Shown: one piece after another, positions 38,758 to 50,317 of the stretch | Layout of the letters: every line of letters starts with the position of its first letter | Position numbering within the stretch: position 1 is the stretch's first letter | Assembly: GCA_030390025.1 (NCBI GenBank) | Contig: CM059432.1 | Span: forward strand, 85,624,001-85,688,000 | DNA: 64,000 bases | From: Squalus acanthias | Taxonomy: Eukaryota | Reading direction: 5' to 3' | Made by a program: the position numbers and the translations under genes | The notes under the pieces: generated by a model | Told to the model about the DNA's origin: nothing | The model's database searches: none | What the model saw: the letters and a program-made list of their open reading frames with translations, nothing else

Positions 38758-40197
38758 GGGGGGAAAATTTGGGTTGCTTTGCGCCTCAACAAAGCCCCTA
38801 GCGTCCGGGCGCGGCACTGCTAACACCTCCCGCAAAATTCAGCTTCATCGCTGTGTGCAGCGCCCCCGCTCACGCCCCGGCCAAAAGCTTGGGTTGTGCC
38901 CCCTGACCTATCGCCGGGCGATATGTCCGACAGGGTCAGGGTGGCGTTTTTGCAGCCGCGACGGCGCTACTTAAACAGCAGGTATCGGGCGGCCATTTTT
39001 TTTGGCTGACTGCCAGCCCCTGCCCCTGCCCCCTTCCCCTTTTTTCCTCGGGGTGCCGGCCACGATCGCTCAGCCGGCACTCCTCTTGAGTGCCGGGCTG
39101 TTTTCCCGGCACCCCGCTCCCCGGTGGTTCAGTAGGGCTCTGGTGTGCGCAGCGTTAGGCCCCTCCCCTTTAATCAGGGGAGGGAGGCCTGCAATGACGC
39201 GGCGCAACGTGCCGACTCTGTAGGATAGGGTGTATTTGTATGATTTAGTAAAACATTTTTGTATAACTATAATATGTGAAATTGTATGTTAAAAGCCTAA
39301 AAGCCTGTATAAAATGGCGAATGGCTGAGAGAAAAGCAGGATGGGAAATTGTGCTAACCTGACTGAAACTTGCTCTGTTTGCAATTACTGAAGTAATGGA
39401 ATGTAATGCTAAGTTTATGGAGACTATCAGGGAGGTGGTATTCAGTAATGTGATAGAAAAGAGATAAGAGTTGGAGAAGAGAAAGAGATAAGAGAAGCAC
39501 CCCTCAGTGATAACACTATAAAATGGACAGATTGTTTAGACAACATCTTGGGAAATGGTCTTTGGAAAGAGAATATCTAAAGTTAAAAGGGCTCTTTGAT
39601 ATGCACAAAGCGAGTCCGAGTGGGATCAACAAGGTCATAAAACATGTATTGGTATCGGATAGCTGTTTGCAGTCACATAGGAACAGGGAAAAAGGTGTAT
39701 AAAGATACGGATTTTGAACACTGAAGGCAGCGCGAATCCAGAATCAGAATTGAAGGAACTTCAGTCGAGAGAAAACAGCAAGAGAAGAAAGAAACCGTGC
39801 CACAGTCGCTCGGAAGGAATGCCGAGGCTCAAACGAACAAGACTGTGACTATCTCCTTGTTCAGTATTACTTCTTTGTACTGGATGTTTAATGCTTAATA
39901 AACCTGTTTTACTTATACACAATATACCTGTACCCAGAGTGGTTTGTGTAGTCACGGACAAATTATTATAAGAGCTTTTGGAAGCTACAACGCACATGGC
40001 GCTGTTGCACGTAGCGCCGCAAAATTCACTGGTAGCGTCCCAAGAAGGAGGTGGAGCGCTTCCAGTAGGGCCCCACCTCCTGCTTAGGGTGTTGCTACTG
40101 AATTTACGGCGCAGGGGCACTAAATTTTCCGGGGCACGAAAAGTAGCACCCCAATGACGTTAGCACCCCAAAGGGGGCGCCACCGAATTTTCCCCCC
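38758..40197. mobile_element. GC-rich MITE related to 1-693 and 59644-60481, inserted between Gypsy gag and protease
   Basis: TIR GGGGGGAAAATT / AATTTTCCCCCC and repeated AGCGCC/AGCACC sub-terminal motifs. Confidence 0.8.
39219..39989 (+). mobile_element. Solo LTR (771 bp; retroviral or Gypsy) nested in the MITE
   Basis: TGTAG...CTACA termini, 4-bp flanks ACTC/ACGC, TATAAA at ~39698 and AATAAA at ~39897. An AT-rich block interrupting GC-rich MITE sequence. Confidence 0.7.
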
Positions 40198-40278
40198 TAG
40201 GGATCTGCAGTATCTATGCCACTGGCAGCAACGCTAGCAGTCGTAAGAAAGACTTCCGTACAAAACTTTTGATCAACG

Positions 40279-40400
40279 ACCAATATATCGAAATAAAAAC
40301 AGAAAATGCTGGAAATACTCAGCAAGTATTTCCAGCATTTTCTGTTTTTATTTCAGTTTTCCAGCATCCGCAGTATTTTGCTTTTGTACCAATATATCGA
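40279..40400. mobile_element. 96-bp hairpin insertion with 13-bp TSD in the Gypsy protease region
   Basis: ACCAATATATCGA at 40279-40291 and 40388-40400. Perfect 30-bp inverted repeat 40290-40319 / 40325-40354. Confidence 0.8.
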
Positions 40401-40779
40401 TATGTGTATCAACATGGTGGCGGACTGCTCTATCATGAGTAAGGACACACATGAGAGTAAGTTTAATCAGATACCACTTACAAAGAATATCGTAGAGTTA
40501 AAAACCTACTCCGGAGAAATCCTAGAGACATTTGGACAAATGGAATGTACAGTTCAGCACAATGGCCAGTCAGTAAAGCTGCCTATTATTGTAGTGAGCT
40601 ACAACAACAGGCCAGCCCTCATGGGCAAAGATTGGTTGAGAAAGTTAGAACTAGACTGGAAAAACATCTTCAGTGTAGATGCTTCAAAGAAGTGGCTCGA
40701 CACAATGCTGAACAACTATAAAAGCATGTTCTCAAACAGTTATGAGGGCATCACTGGGTATGACGCGCATATCCGCGTC

Positions 40780-41674
40780 ATAGAATCATAACGGCACAGA
40801 AGGAGGCCATACAGTCCATCGAGTCCGTACCAGCTCTCTGTAGAGCAATCCAGTCAATCCTATTCCCCCCCTCTATCCCCGTAGCCCTGCAAGTTTATTT
40901 CCCTCAAGTGCCTATCCAGTCTCCCCTTGAAAACATTGAGTGTCTCCACTTCCACCACTTTCGTCGGCAGCGAGTTCCAGGTCCTCACCACTCGCTGCGT
41001 AAAAAAGTTTTTCCTCACATCCCCCCCTGTATCTCTTGCCCAAAACCTTAAATCTGTGTCCCCTAGTCCTTGTACCATCAACTAGTGGGAACAGCCTTTC
41101 CCCGTCTAGCCTTTCCAAACTCGTCATAATCTTGTACACCTCTATCAAATCATCTCTCAACCTCCTTTGCTCTAATGAAAACAAATCCAGCTTCTCCAAC
41201 CTGTCCTTGTAGCTAAGATCCCCCATGCCCAGAACCATTCTGGTAAATCTCCTCTGCACCCTCTCAAGTGCCTTCACAGCCTTCCTAAAGTGTGGTGACC
41301 AGAACTGGACGCAATACTCCAGTTGTGGCCTAACCAGCGCTTTATAAAGGTTTAGCATAACTTCTCTACTTTTGTACTCAATACCTCTATTTATGAAGCC
41401 CAAGATCCCATATGCTTTGTTAACCAATCTCTCAATATGTCCCTGCCACCTTCAGGGACCTATGCACATTAACTCCCAGGTCCCTCTGTCCCTGCACAAT
41501 CTTTAAAACTGTGCCATTAAGTGTATATTGCCTCTCCCTGTTCCTTCTGCCAAAATGCATCACCTCATACTTCTCTGTATTAAATTCCATCTGCCACTTG
41601 TCTGCCCATTCTGCTAGCCTTTCTATGTCCTGTTGCAGTCGATTGGTATCATCCTCACTGTTTGCCACACCCCC
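40780..41674 (-). mobile_element. 5'-truncated CR1 inserted in Gypsy pol
   Basis: LYKALVRPQLEYCVQFWSP. pol reads YDAHIRV | KSNTKPVYC across it. Near-identical to 61790-62670. Confidence 0.92.
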
Positions 41675-43413
41675 AAGTCTAACACGAAGCCTGTCTATTG
41701 TTGAAAAGTCAGGTGGAGGAAGAGCTGAAGAATCTGAGAGAGAACGGAGTGCTAGTAAAAACTGACAAAAGTGAATGAGCTACCCCGATTGTGGTAGCGC
41801 CCAAAGCAGACAAAACTGAACGCTGGTGTGGTGACTACAAAGTTACTATCAACCAAGCAGTTGACGATGAGCAGTAACCATTACCTACATCGCAAGATTT
41901 GTATGCGGCACTCTCTGGTCAAAGGTTTTCTCCAAGCTTACGCTCAGCTGAATGTTGACAAAGAGAGTCAGCAGTATCTCACTATCAACACACACAAGGG
42001 ATTGTACTCATACACCAAGCTGCCATATGATGTACAGTCCTCCCCCAAAATCTTCCAGGCTACGATGGATAAGATTTTGCAAGGAATTCCCAATTACTTA
42101 TGCAATCAAGATGATGTGCTGATCGCAACAAGCAGCGAGGAAGAAAATCTAGAAGTGTTAGATTTAGTGCTTCAAAGGTTGAATTCCCACAATGTCCAAT
42201 TGAAAAGGAACAAATGTGCTTTTGTGTACCTTGGTCTGAAAGTTGATGCAAATGGATTGGAACCAGTTAAGGAAAAGGTTGATGCTGTCATCAATACTCC
42301 AAAGCCACAGAACGTACTTGAGTTAAAATCTTTCCTTGAAATGGTCCAGTACTACGCACGTTTCTTACCTGAGTTAGCGACCATGTTAGCTCCATTGCAT
42401 GAGCTCCTCAAGAAGGATGTCCAGTATAAGTGGGCAAAAGCGCAACAGGAAGCTTACGACGCTTGTAAGAGAAGTCTCTCTTGCGATGCTCTACTGGTGC
42501 ACTACGACACAGTGTGATGGCTTAAGTTAGCGTGTGATGCTTCTAACTATGGTGTGGGAGCTGTCATAAGCCACGTAATGGATGATGGCCAAGAGAAACC
42601 AATTGCGTTCGCATCGCAAACCCTCACAAAGAGCGAAAAAACTATGCTCAAATTGAAAAGGATGCACTTGCCATAATGTTTGGAATCAAGAAATTCCAAC
42701 AGTTCCTGATTGGCAGAAAGTTTACCCTGATAACCGATCACAAACCTCTTCTAGCAATATTGGTGCCCAAATCTGCCATATCTGCAATGGCCGCATCAAG
42801 AATGCAATGTTGGGCAGTGTTGTTGTCACAATATGACTACACAATTGAATATCGCACTTCAAAGCAAAACACAATCACAGATGCCTTGTCCAGGTTGCCA
42901 CATGAAGACTCATGTGTTGGGAGTGAAGGTGAGATTTTCACACTAGGTGCATTTGACAAAGACTTTCCCGTGAATGCAACTGAGATTGCAATTGAGTCTC
43001 AAAAGGACTCAGTACTGAAAAGAGTGTATGAAAACACCTTGAATGGGTGGACTGATCAGGGTCTGGACACAGAGTTGAAACCATTCCATAACCGTCGTAC
43101 TGAATTGTCTTGTGAACAAGGTTGTATCAAGTGGGGAAACAGAGTGGTGGTACCTACTTCTTTGAGTTTGGAACCAGAACAAAACAGCCCGAAAATTGGT
43201 TTGGTACCAAAACCTTCAGTAAGGAGATCAGGAAGGCTCCGCAAACCTGTTATTAAACTGAATTTGTAGTTCATTTGTAGCATTTGTAGTTGATTTAAAA
43301 GAAAGAAAGTCAGAGTTTTTGTTATGTGGTACATGTAATGCTGGGAAAGGTGGGACCATAGTTTTGTTGTATTTGAGGGGAATATGTACATTTTTTTTTA
43401 AAGGGGAAAGCAG

Positions 43414-43549
43414 TGTAATGTATTGTCACATGGTTTGTCACATGGTTTAGTATGAGCATGCTCAGTTCGCTCTGGCCTAGTAAACAAGCACCTTGACTAG
43501 CAACTCATCGTGTCTCTGTCCTTCATTTGTTCTACCCACATATATTACA
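43414..43549 (+). repeat. 3' LTR
   Basis: TGTAAT...ATTACA termini, preceded by the polypurine tract. Confidence 0.93.
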
Positions 43550-44938
43550 GTCTCTTTTCCAAGTTAAGGCTGTTTTCCTGGTAAACATGGTATCAATCAG
43601 ACAGATATTCACCGCAGAGAGGCTTATCTGGCAGATGTCCCGTCGATAACCTGGAAGGAACTAGAAGCTTAATGCTATAGCGACCTTCACTGTCATGGAA
43701 AGAGCCATGCCAGTCCTCGAGATTGCTTGTAGGTCACTCTATAGCTGATAGTACAGATTGGTCACTGTACCTGCAGTGAAGAGAGGCAATGAAGCAGGTG
43801 TCTGCCGTGCTCTATAAATAAGCTCCTTCAGTATTCATGAGCATTAATGGGCGAAGCTGTAGCTTCCTCATTAAACTGTCCTCGTCTAATTCATGAAGCA
43901 CAATTGGAACATCCAAAAAAGATTTCCATCCTGAAAACTTTAATAGCAAATCAGACACATGAGATCAAGTGCCTGTTTTTGCATCACTCACTTGCCCATA
44001 GTGAGCCTCCACTGCAGTATGCGTACTAAATACAGGGGTCAGCAATATGTAGCTATTCTAATAAAATAGCATAGCTGCCCGTGTGAAGATGTCTTTCCCT
44101 TATGTCAAATAGGGGACATTTCTGACTTAAATTCAGACAGTTTTCAAAATAGCTACATTTAAAATGGAAGTCGTCTTCAGTTTCCAAAATTAAGCATGGA
44201 GAACCACAGACATGTGTCTGGGCCAAAGCCATTAAAAATAGCTTTTGAACTCAAGCTCATGAAATTATTGGTCCTTTGAAAGATGATAGATATTTTATAT
44301 GTTAAATTCAGCTCACTCGGATTCAATTGCTGTCAAGTGTCAAAAGTTCACAGTTTATCTACTTAAGTATTAAAAATTGTTAATAATTTACCATTGAGAA
44401 GAAATAATTTGGCCAGCAAATGGGCCTGCTTAACATCAAAGTAAAGATAGTCATTTAACTGAGGGACAGCCTCATGGTTCCCAGTTCCCTGCATCAAACT
44501 GCCTATACCACATGAGGGAGCTAAGAAGGAGCTACATGAGGGTCATCTGCGATGTAACTTCCACCAGAGACTCAGTCAGAAGCTACTGAAAAGATTGTAG
44601 GATTTTGGACTGTGTCTTGGTTTGAGACAGTTTGGCCCTGAATTCCCTCAAAGATTCTGCCAGACTCCAAAGGGTCCCTGCCAACTTCAGCAGTTCCTGT
44701 TTGACATTGTAAAGGCAGAGCCTCTGCCTAACCCTTACAAAGGGGCGGGGACTCCATCTGCTGGAAGTTCCCGCTTCCCCAGCTCAGAAGGGCCCCTGTG
44801 TATTACTGGAGATTGGTGCATCAAGAGAGATGTGGCATACTGGCCTCCAGATGGGAGCAAGTGGGCTCTACTGGGGAGATAGGGGGTAGGAGGGGTGCTC
44901 CAGGGCAGGGAAGTGGCCTGAATGCTTTAGAAGAGATA

Positions 44939-46502
44939 GGGGTCTAGAAATTCGATTGAACCGCGCCCATTTTTCAGGCACTGAACAATGCTTAAGCGTC
45001 CAATATGGCAGGCAGGTAGCATGCGTTCATTGCGAGCATGAACTGTACGAACCCACCACACTGGTCAAGCTTCTCCTTAGTCATCCAGGGCGCATGCCAG
45101 AACTAATTAAAGCAATGAATAAAAGATTTAAATAAGGATCCTACACTTGTTGAAGAGCAGGAGCGACATCGGCCACCAGTGCCCATAGTTGCCAGAGTTC
45201 TCAGACAGCAGCTCATCGAAGAGCATTTCACGTGACCCATCCCTCCCATCCCCAATACACCAACAGTCCCACAATTCTTACCACCATCCTTACTACCACT
45301 ATCCAATTGCCTTCCTTCAGTCCAGCCTTATGGGTCTTGCCCTCACTTCACCAACACTAAATCCAAAACAAAAAACAAATTTATCAAACAACTCAATTCC
45401 ATCTGTATCTAATAGTTTACAGAAATAATTATGAATCAGCCTTGTGCAAGCCTTTAGTGCCTGTCTTCTATGCTCATTTACCTATCCTACTGCTCCTACA
45501 AAATGTTTCCCCAATGGCTACAGCTTGGGAGGTCGAACGCTGCTGATCTTTCATTAAGGACACTTCAGATGGGTGTGATGGGCGACCTGTAGCATCTCGG
45601 CATGGGCCGAGGCAGTTTGGGCCAGCTGGCTGTGTGGCATTAATCAGGGCACTGGCGGAGTGGATGGCAGGGGAGCAGAGGTGCTATTGTCCTGAAAGAG
45701 GACAGCAGGTGCCTCTCCCATGGAGCCTAGGCCACTCTCCTGGGACTGCGCCTCAGCACTCCTGTGGCTCTGCGCAAGAACAGAGTGCAGGGGTGATGTG
45801 ACACTCTGGAAGCCCATGCCAACAGTGACCCCCAAAGCCAAGATGGCAGCCATCTGAGCTTCCATGGCAGCTGTGAGAGTTGTCAGAAAAGGCTTCATGA
45901 CAGTGGCTGCCACTGTCGTGTTGATGGAGCTGACCGCTCAGTCCATGTTGGACAGAATGGTCTCCATGCTTTGAGTGAAGTCATGACACAAGTTGAACCT
46001 GGACTCCTCCATGCTGGGCAATATTGTGCACAAGCTCGCTGTCCAGAGTACCTAGCATCTCCTAGTATATGCCCATCAGTCTTCTTCAGTACGCATGATG
46101 TCACTCTCTGAGCTGCTGCTTGCGAGGGTGAGATCGAGTGACACTGCATCATCAGGAAGACAGACCTCTTCCTGAAATGGCAGAAGTATGTTCACATCTT
46201 CAGCACCTGATTAGCAGTTGGGTGCAGTGCCGCCTCGCCCCTGCCAATCAAGTTTCAAGGCCAGGATGAGTTTTTTTAAGAAATTGGATTGGCCTCCTTA
46301 CACAGAGGGACAAGGGGAAGCTGGTGGGGTCTTGGGAGAGGCCTGGGCACCCTCAATGGAGGAAAGTCGCTGGGCTTCCCGTCTGCAAGAAGCATTTGGG
46401 TGCGAGGGAATGATCCCATAGTGATGCGGGCGCGTTCCGGCCCCAAAGGAATGAGTTTCACTCAAACTCCAGCGGGACCATGGCCCATGGATTTTTGGGC
46501 CC
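44939..46502. mobile_element. Decayed, deleted Harbinger element with an accessory-ORF remnant (-)
   Basis: Ends GGGGTCTAGAAATT / ATTTTTGGGCCC. 45430-46150 resembles 9720-10560 (AAMEAQ.A..VL.QD motif). Confidence 0.6.
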
Positions 46503-46653
46503 TTTATATCTTATACAGGTCTATTGGTCTGATGCTGATTAGCAGATGAGCTGATTTCCCGAGTGATAATCCTGTGCATCTAAACATAGAATGATGAAGT
46601 AGCAGATCAGTACTTGGAATATCATCCTATCTGCCACACCTAACACTGACCTA

Positions 46654-47534
46654 GGCCGCGATTTTGCCAGCACTCAGAGGGCGGGTTTGGAGGCGGGTCA
46701 GAGGTTAAATTCGATTTGATTGACAGTGGGTTCCGAATCCGCCGTCAACCCGGCTCCAAACAGCTTTCCCAAGTGTCGGGTCCCCGATTTGCGAATTGAC
46801 CCGACACCTAGTGGCGGGAAGCAGATTAAAGGCAATTACCCACCTATTAACAGGTACTTGCCAGTAGTTTTCAGCCTGTTTTGGGATTTTCCGGCTTCTG
46901 GGTTGGCTTTCCCAACGTCCGGACACCACACCAGGTAAGTGTGGCGTGTTGTGAGTCTGCTGTAATGTTTGTGGAATGATGACAGCTGCAGAAGTGGTGT
47001 CAAGATGCAATGTTGCACATGGTGAGTTTCAGAGCAAAGAAAATGTTGGTTACTGCATTTTTAAAACATTTACAGATTTCTTTAGCTTACAAGTTTTTTA
47101 ATCCAACTATATGTCCAGTGCCACCTCATTGGGAGAATCTCTCTCACCAGTGACAGATCGCTTCTGTCACCTCGCCTGCAGCTGCCACCTATTCCAGCAT
47201 ATGGAGGGAGTCACTGGAGAGCCTGGGTGCAAGAGGTCACCTTTGTGCAGTGATTGTCAGTGTTTTCAGCACCTCAATGCTGTCAAACACTGAGAAATCA
47301 ACTGTCAAAATAAAATTGTGCATGGTCCCTTTAAGGAAACCGGCAGATGACGTGTCATCAAATGACGTCATCAGACCCGCTTCCTGTTAATTGGCCGGCA
47401 AGCTCACAGGGCGGGCTTAACAAGGTCAATCAAGGTAAAATCACATCTGTGGAGCAGAGGCAGCTGGGGCGGGACTGGAAACCGGAAACCAGCTGTCCCG
47501 CACCCATCCCGACACCGATGACAAAATCACGGCC
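46654..47534. mobile_element. Harbinger-type MITE
   Basis: TIRs GGCCGCGATTTTG / CAAAATCACGGCC, flanks CTA/CAA. Sub-terminal GGGTTTGGAGGC and ATGACGTCATC motifs shared with the 15490-16236 / 3587-7123 family. Confidence 0.7.
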
Positions 47535-47686
47535 CAAGTGTGTGTGCAGCTTAAAACTTTACAGCACAATGTTATGGTATCTGCCTCATACATCATTCCT
47601 CTGGCTCCCAAACATAAATAAACCAGCATCAGAACCACCCACCCAGATAAAGTCAACCCATTATAAACTATAAACTAAATTATAAA

Positions 47687-48252
47687 CATTCAGCCTCAGA
47701 TCTTCGGGTAAGCATTCTCCAAGGCGGCCTTCGAGACACACGACAACGCAAAATCATCGAGCAGAAACTGATAGCCAAGTTCCGCACCGATGAGGACGGC
47801 CTCAACCGGGATCTTGGGTTCATGTCACGCTACATGTAACCCCACCTGACGTAGAGTCATCCAGACTCGAGTCGTCATTGGCTTGTTCACAGATGTGATT
47901 TCCAGTAAAAAAAGTAAAATGTTTAAAGTTTTTGGTTTTCCATACAGACTGCAGCATCTGACACATTGGACCCCTTATGACCCCACCTCATTGTCTTAGT
48001 TGTATTTTGCTATGTCTTTGATATAATGTCTTCCTGACTGACCTGATTGTCTCTCTGCCGAGGTGTGATAAAAGGCAGTCAGAAAGATTAACTGTAGTCG
48101 TCTGACATTGTACTCTGCACAGGCATTGTTCTCTGTCTATATATGCTGTGCCGATTTGTATTCCTTCACTTCACCTGATGAAGGAGCAGCAGCTCCGAAA
48201 GCTTGTGATTTCAAATAAAACTGTTGGACTATAACCTGGTGTTGTGCGACTT
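47687..48252 (+). mobile_element. Penelope-like retroelement 3' end (GIY-YIG endonuclease C-terminus + 3' region with hammerhead motif)
   Basis: 47687-47839 translates HSASDLRVSILQGGLRDTRQRKIIEQKLIAKFRTDEDGLNRDLGFMSRYM*. AATAAA at ~48214. Confidence 0.8.
48171..48208 (+). ncRNA. Minimal type I hammerhead ribozyme motif
   Basis: TCAC-CTGATGA-A-GGAGC-AGCA-GCTCC-GAAA-GC-TT-GTGA: 4-bp stem I, 5-bp stem II, palindromic AAGCTT at stem III. Confidence 0.7.
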
Positions 48253-48309
48253 CAAACTAGAAAGCAGCAGAGTTACCCCAGAGTTGAGTCTTCCTTCCCG
48301 CTAGGCCAC

Positions 48310-50317
48310 TTTGGTGACACTGTCTCTAAATTGACACACTGCTTGTCTGACATCCAGTACTGGATGAGCAGAAATTTCCTCCAACTAAGTATTGAGAAGA
48401 CCAAAGTCATCATTTTTAGTCCCCACCACAAACTCAGTTCCCTAGCCACTGACTCCATCCTGCTCCCTGGCAACTGTCTGAGGTTGAACTAGACTGTTTG
48501 CAACCCTGGCGCTATATTTGACCCCGAGATGAGCTTCCGATCATATATCAGTGCCAACACTAAGACCGCCTATTTCCATTTCCGAAACATTACCCATCTC
48601 CGCCCCGCCTCAGCACATCTGCTGCTGAAACCTTCATCCATGCCTTTGTTACCTCTAGACTTGACTATTCCAATGCACTCCTGGCAGGCTTCCCATCTTC
48701 CACACTCCATAAACTTAAGCTCATCCAAAACTCTGCCGCCCATGTCCTAACTCGCACCAAGTCCTGTTCACCTATCATCCCTGTGCTCGCTGAACTACAT
48801 TGAGTCCTGGTTAAGCAGCACCTTGATTTTAAAATTCTCATCCTTGTTTTCAAATCCCTCCATGGCCTCACCCCTCCCCTGCCCTATTTCTACTTGAAAA
48901 ATATCATAACCCGGAGATGTAACAATAGTACTCCCTTGTGACCTGAACTGGATATTGTGTGTCTTTCATACGTGTACTTCTTCAATTTCCCAAAAGCGGA
49001 GCAAGCAAACACTTGATGAAGTGAGGCTGGATATGAATTGTTGACCACTTCCTTGTATCGCTTGCCACCCACATCCCCCTTCTCCCCCGCCAACCCTACT
49101 TCCTTCTGTGTCCGCCCCTGGAAAAAACTCTCTCCCAACTCTCTTACAACTGCACTTACGAAACCCCAACTGTCCAGCCTTTGGCCCTCCAATCACCACG
49201 ACATTTCAGCAGCTACTGATCTGCTCAACCACACCCTCACCACCACCTCTGATGCCCTAGTCCCTATTAAAACCATTACTCTCTCTCACCCTGGCTGTTC
49301 CCTCTGGTACAGCCCTCATCTTCGCTCCCTTAAGTCCAAGGGATGCAGACTTGAGCGTATATAGCAGACAACTGGTTTAGCCATTCACCGCCAGATCTGG
49401 CTGAACCACATAAAGCATTATCGGGTCCTACTCTCATCTGCCAAAACTGCTCATTATTCCAGGATCATTCTGGAATGCAAAGATAACCCCCAGCTTCTTT
49501 TCTCTACTGCAAACCATCTTCGTAAATCCCTCTCTCCTGTCTCCTCCACCCACACTTCCAATAACAAGTGCTAGGAGTTCATGGACCTCTTCTTCTCTAA
49601 AATTGAGACCATCCGATCAGCTGCCTCTGCCCCTTCCGTTCCTTTCCCTGCAAACAGCAAATGATGCTCGATCAATTGTTAATTTTAAATCTGATATTTA
49701 TAGATTATTGTTAACCAAAGGTGTTAAGGGATATGGGGGCAAAGGCAGGTATATGGAGTTCGGTCGCAGATCAGCCATGAGGAGCTAAAAGGCCTACTCC
49801 TGTTCCACTAAGGTTCCCCCCTGCCCTAGCCCTGAACTCACATCTTTCTCCAGTTTCTCTCCGATCTCTCCTCATGACATCTCCGCGCTCATCTTGTCCA
49901 TGAGACCACTTCCTTGTTTTCAAATCCCTTCATGGCTTTGACCCTCCCTATCTCTGTAATCTCCTCCATCCCCACAACCCCCCCGACATATCTGCGCTCC
50001 TCTAATTCTGCCCTCTTGAGCATCCCTGATTTTAATCGCTGAATAATTGGTGGCCGTGCCTTCAGCTGCCAAGGCCCTAATCTCTGGATTTTCTTCCCTA
50101 AACCTCTCTGCCTCTCTACCTCTTTTTCCTTCTTTAAGGCGCTCCTTAAAACCTACCTCTTTGACAAAGCTTTTGGTCATCTGCCCTAATTTCTCCTTAT
50201 GTGTCTCGGTGTCACATGTCGTTTTATAACACTCCGGTGAAGTGCCTTGGGACATTTTACTACGTTAAAGGCACTATATAAATAAAAGTTGTTGGTGTTT
50301 TTGTTATTGTTGTTGCT
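48310..50317 (+). mobile_element. L2-clade LINE fragments (at least two copies: 48310-48885 and ~49043-50317) with a CR1 tail at ~49655-49806
   Basis: CLSDIQYWMSRNFLQL and RLDYSNALLAG motifs. TCCTTGTTTTCAAATCCCT occurs twice (48841, ~49911). 3' tail GCACTATATAAATAAAAGTTGTTG..(TTG)n. Confidence 0.75.

Larger units (their letters stand above)
36342..43549 (+). mobile_element. Gypsy LTR retrotransposon (Mag-like), integrase deleted, with nested insertions
   Basis: Two 136-bp LTRs; TSD GTCGC/GTCTC; PBS TGGTGACTATGATGGGA; PPT AAAGGGGAAAGCAG. gag from ATG 36735 (ALRDKFVCGL, CFHCHKQDHISTVC), protease, RT (CGDYK, LTINTHKGLY) and RNase H (ACDAS, ITDHKPL). Confidence 0.93.
36120..43790 (-). pseudogene. 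Old Harbinger transposase remnant split by the Gypsy insertion (pieces 36120-36341 and 43555-43790)
   Basis: GVIDSADMAI..YNNRKRLHAIHVQVV..GSSHDAF on the left; ALSMTVKVAIALSF..DICQISLSAV on the right. Confidence 0.65.
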
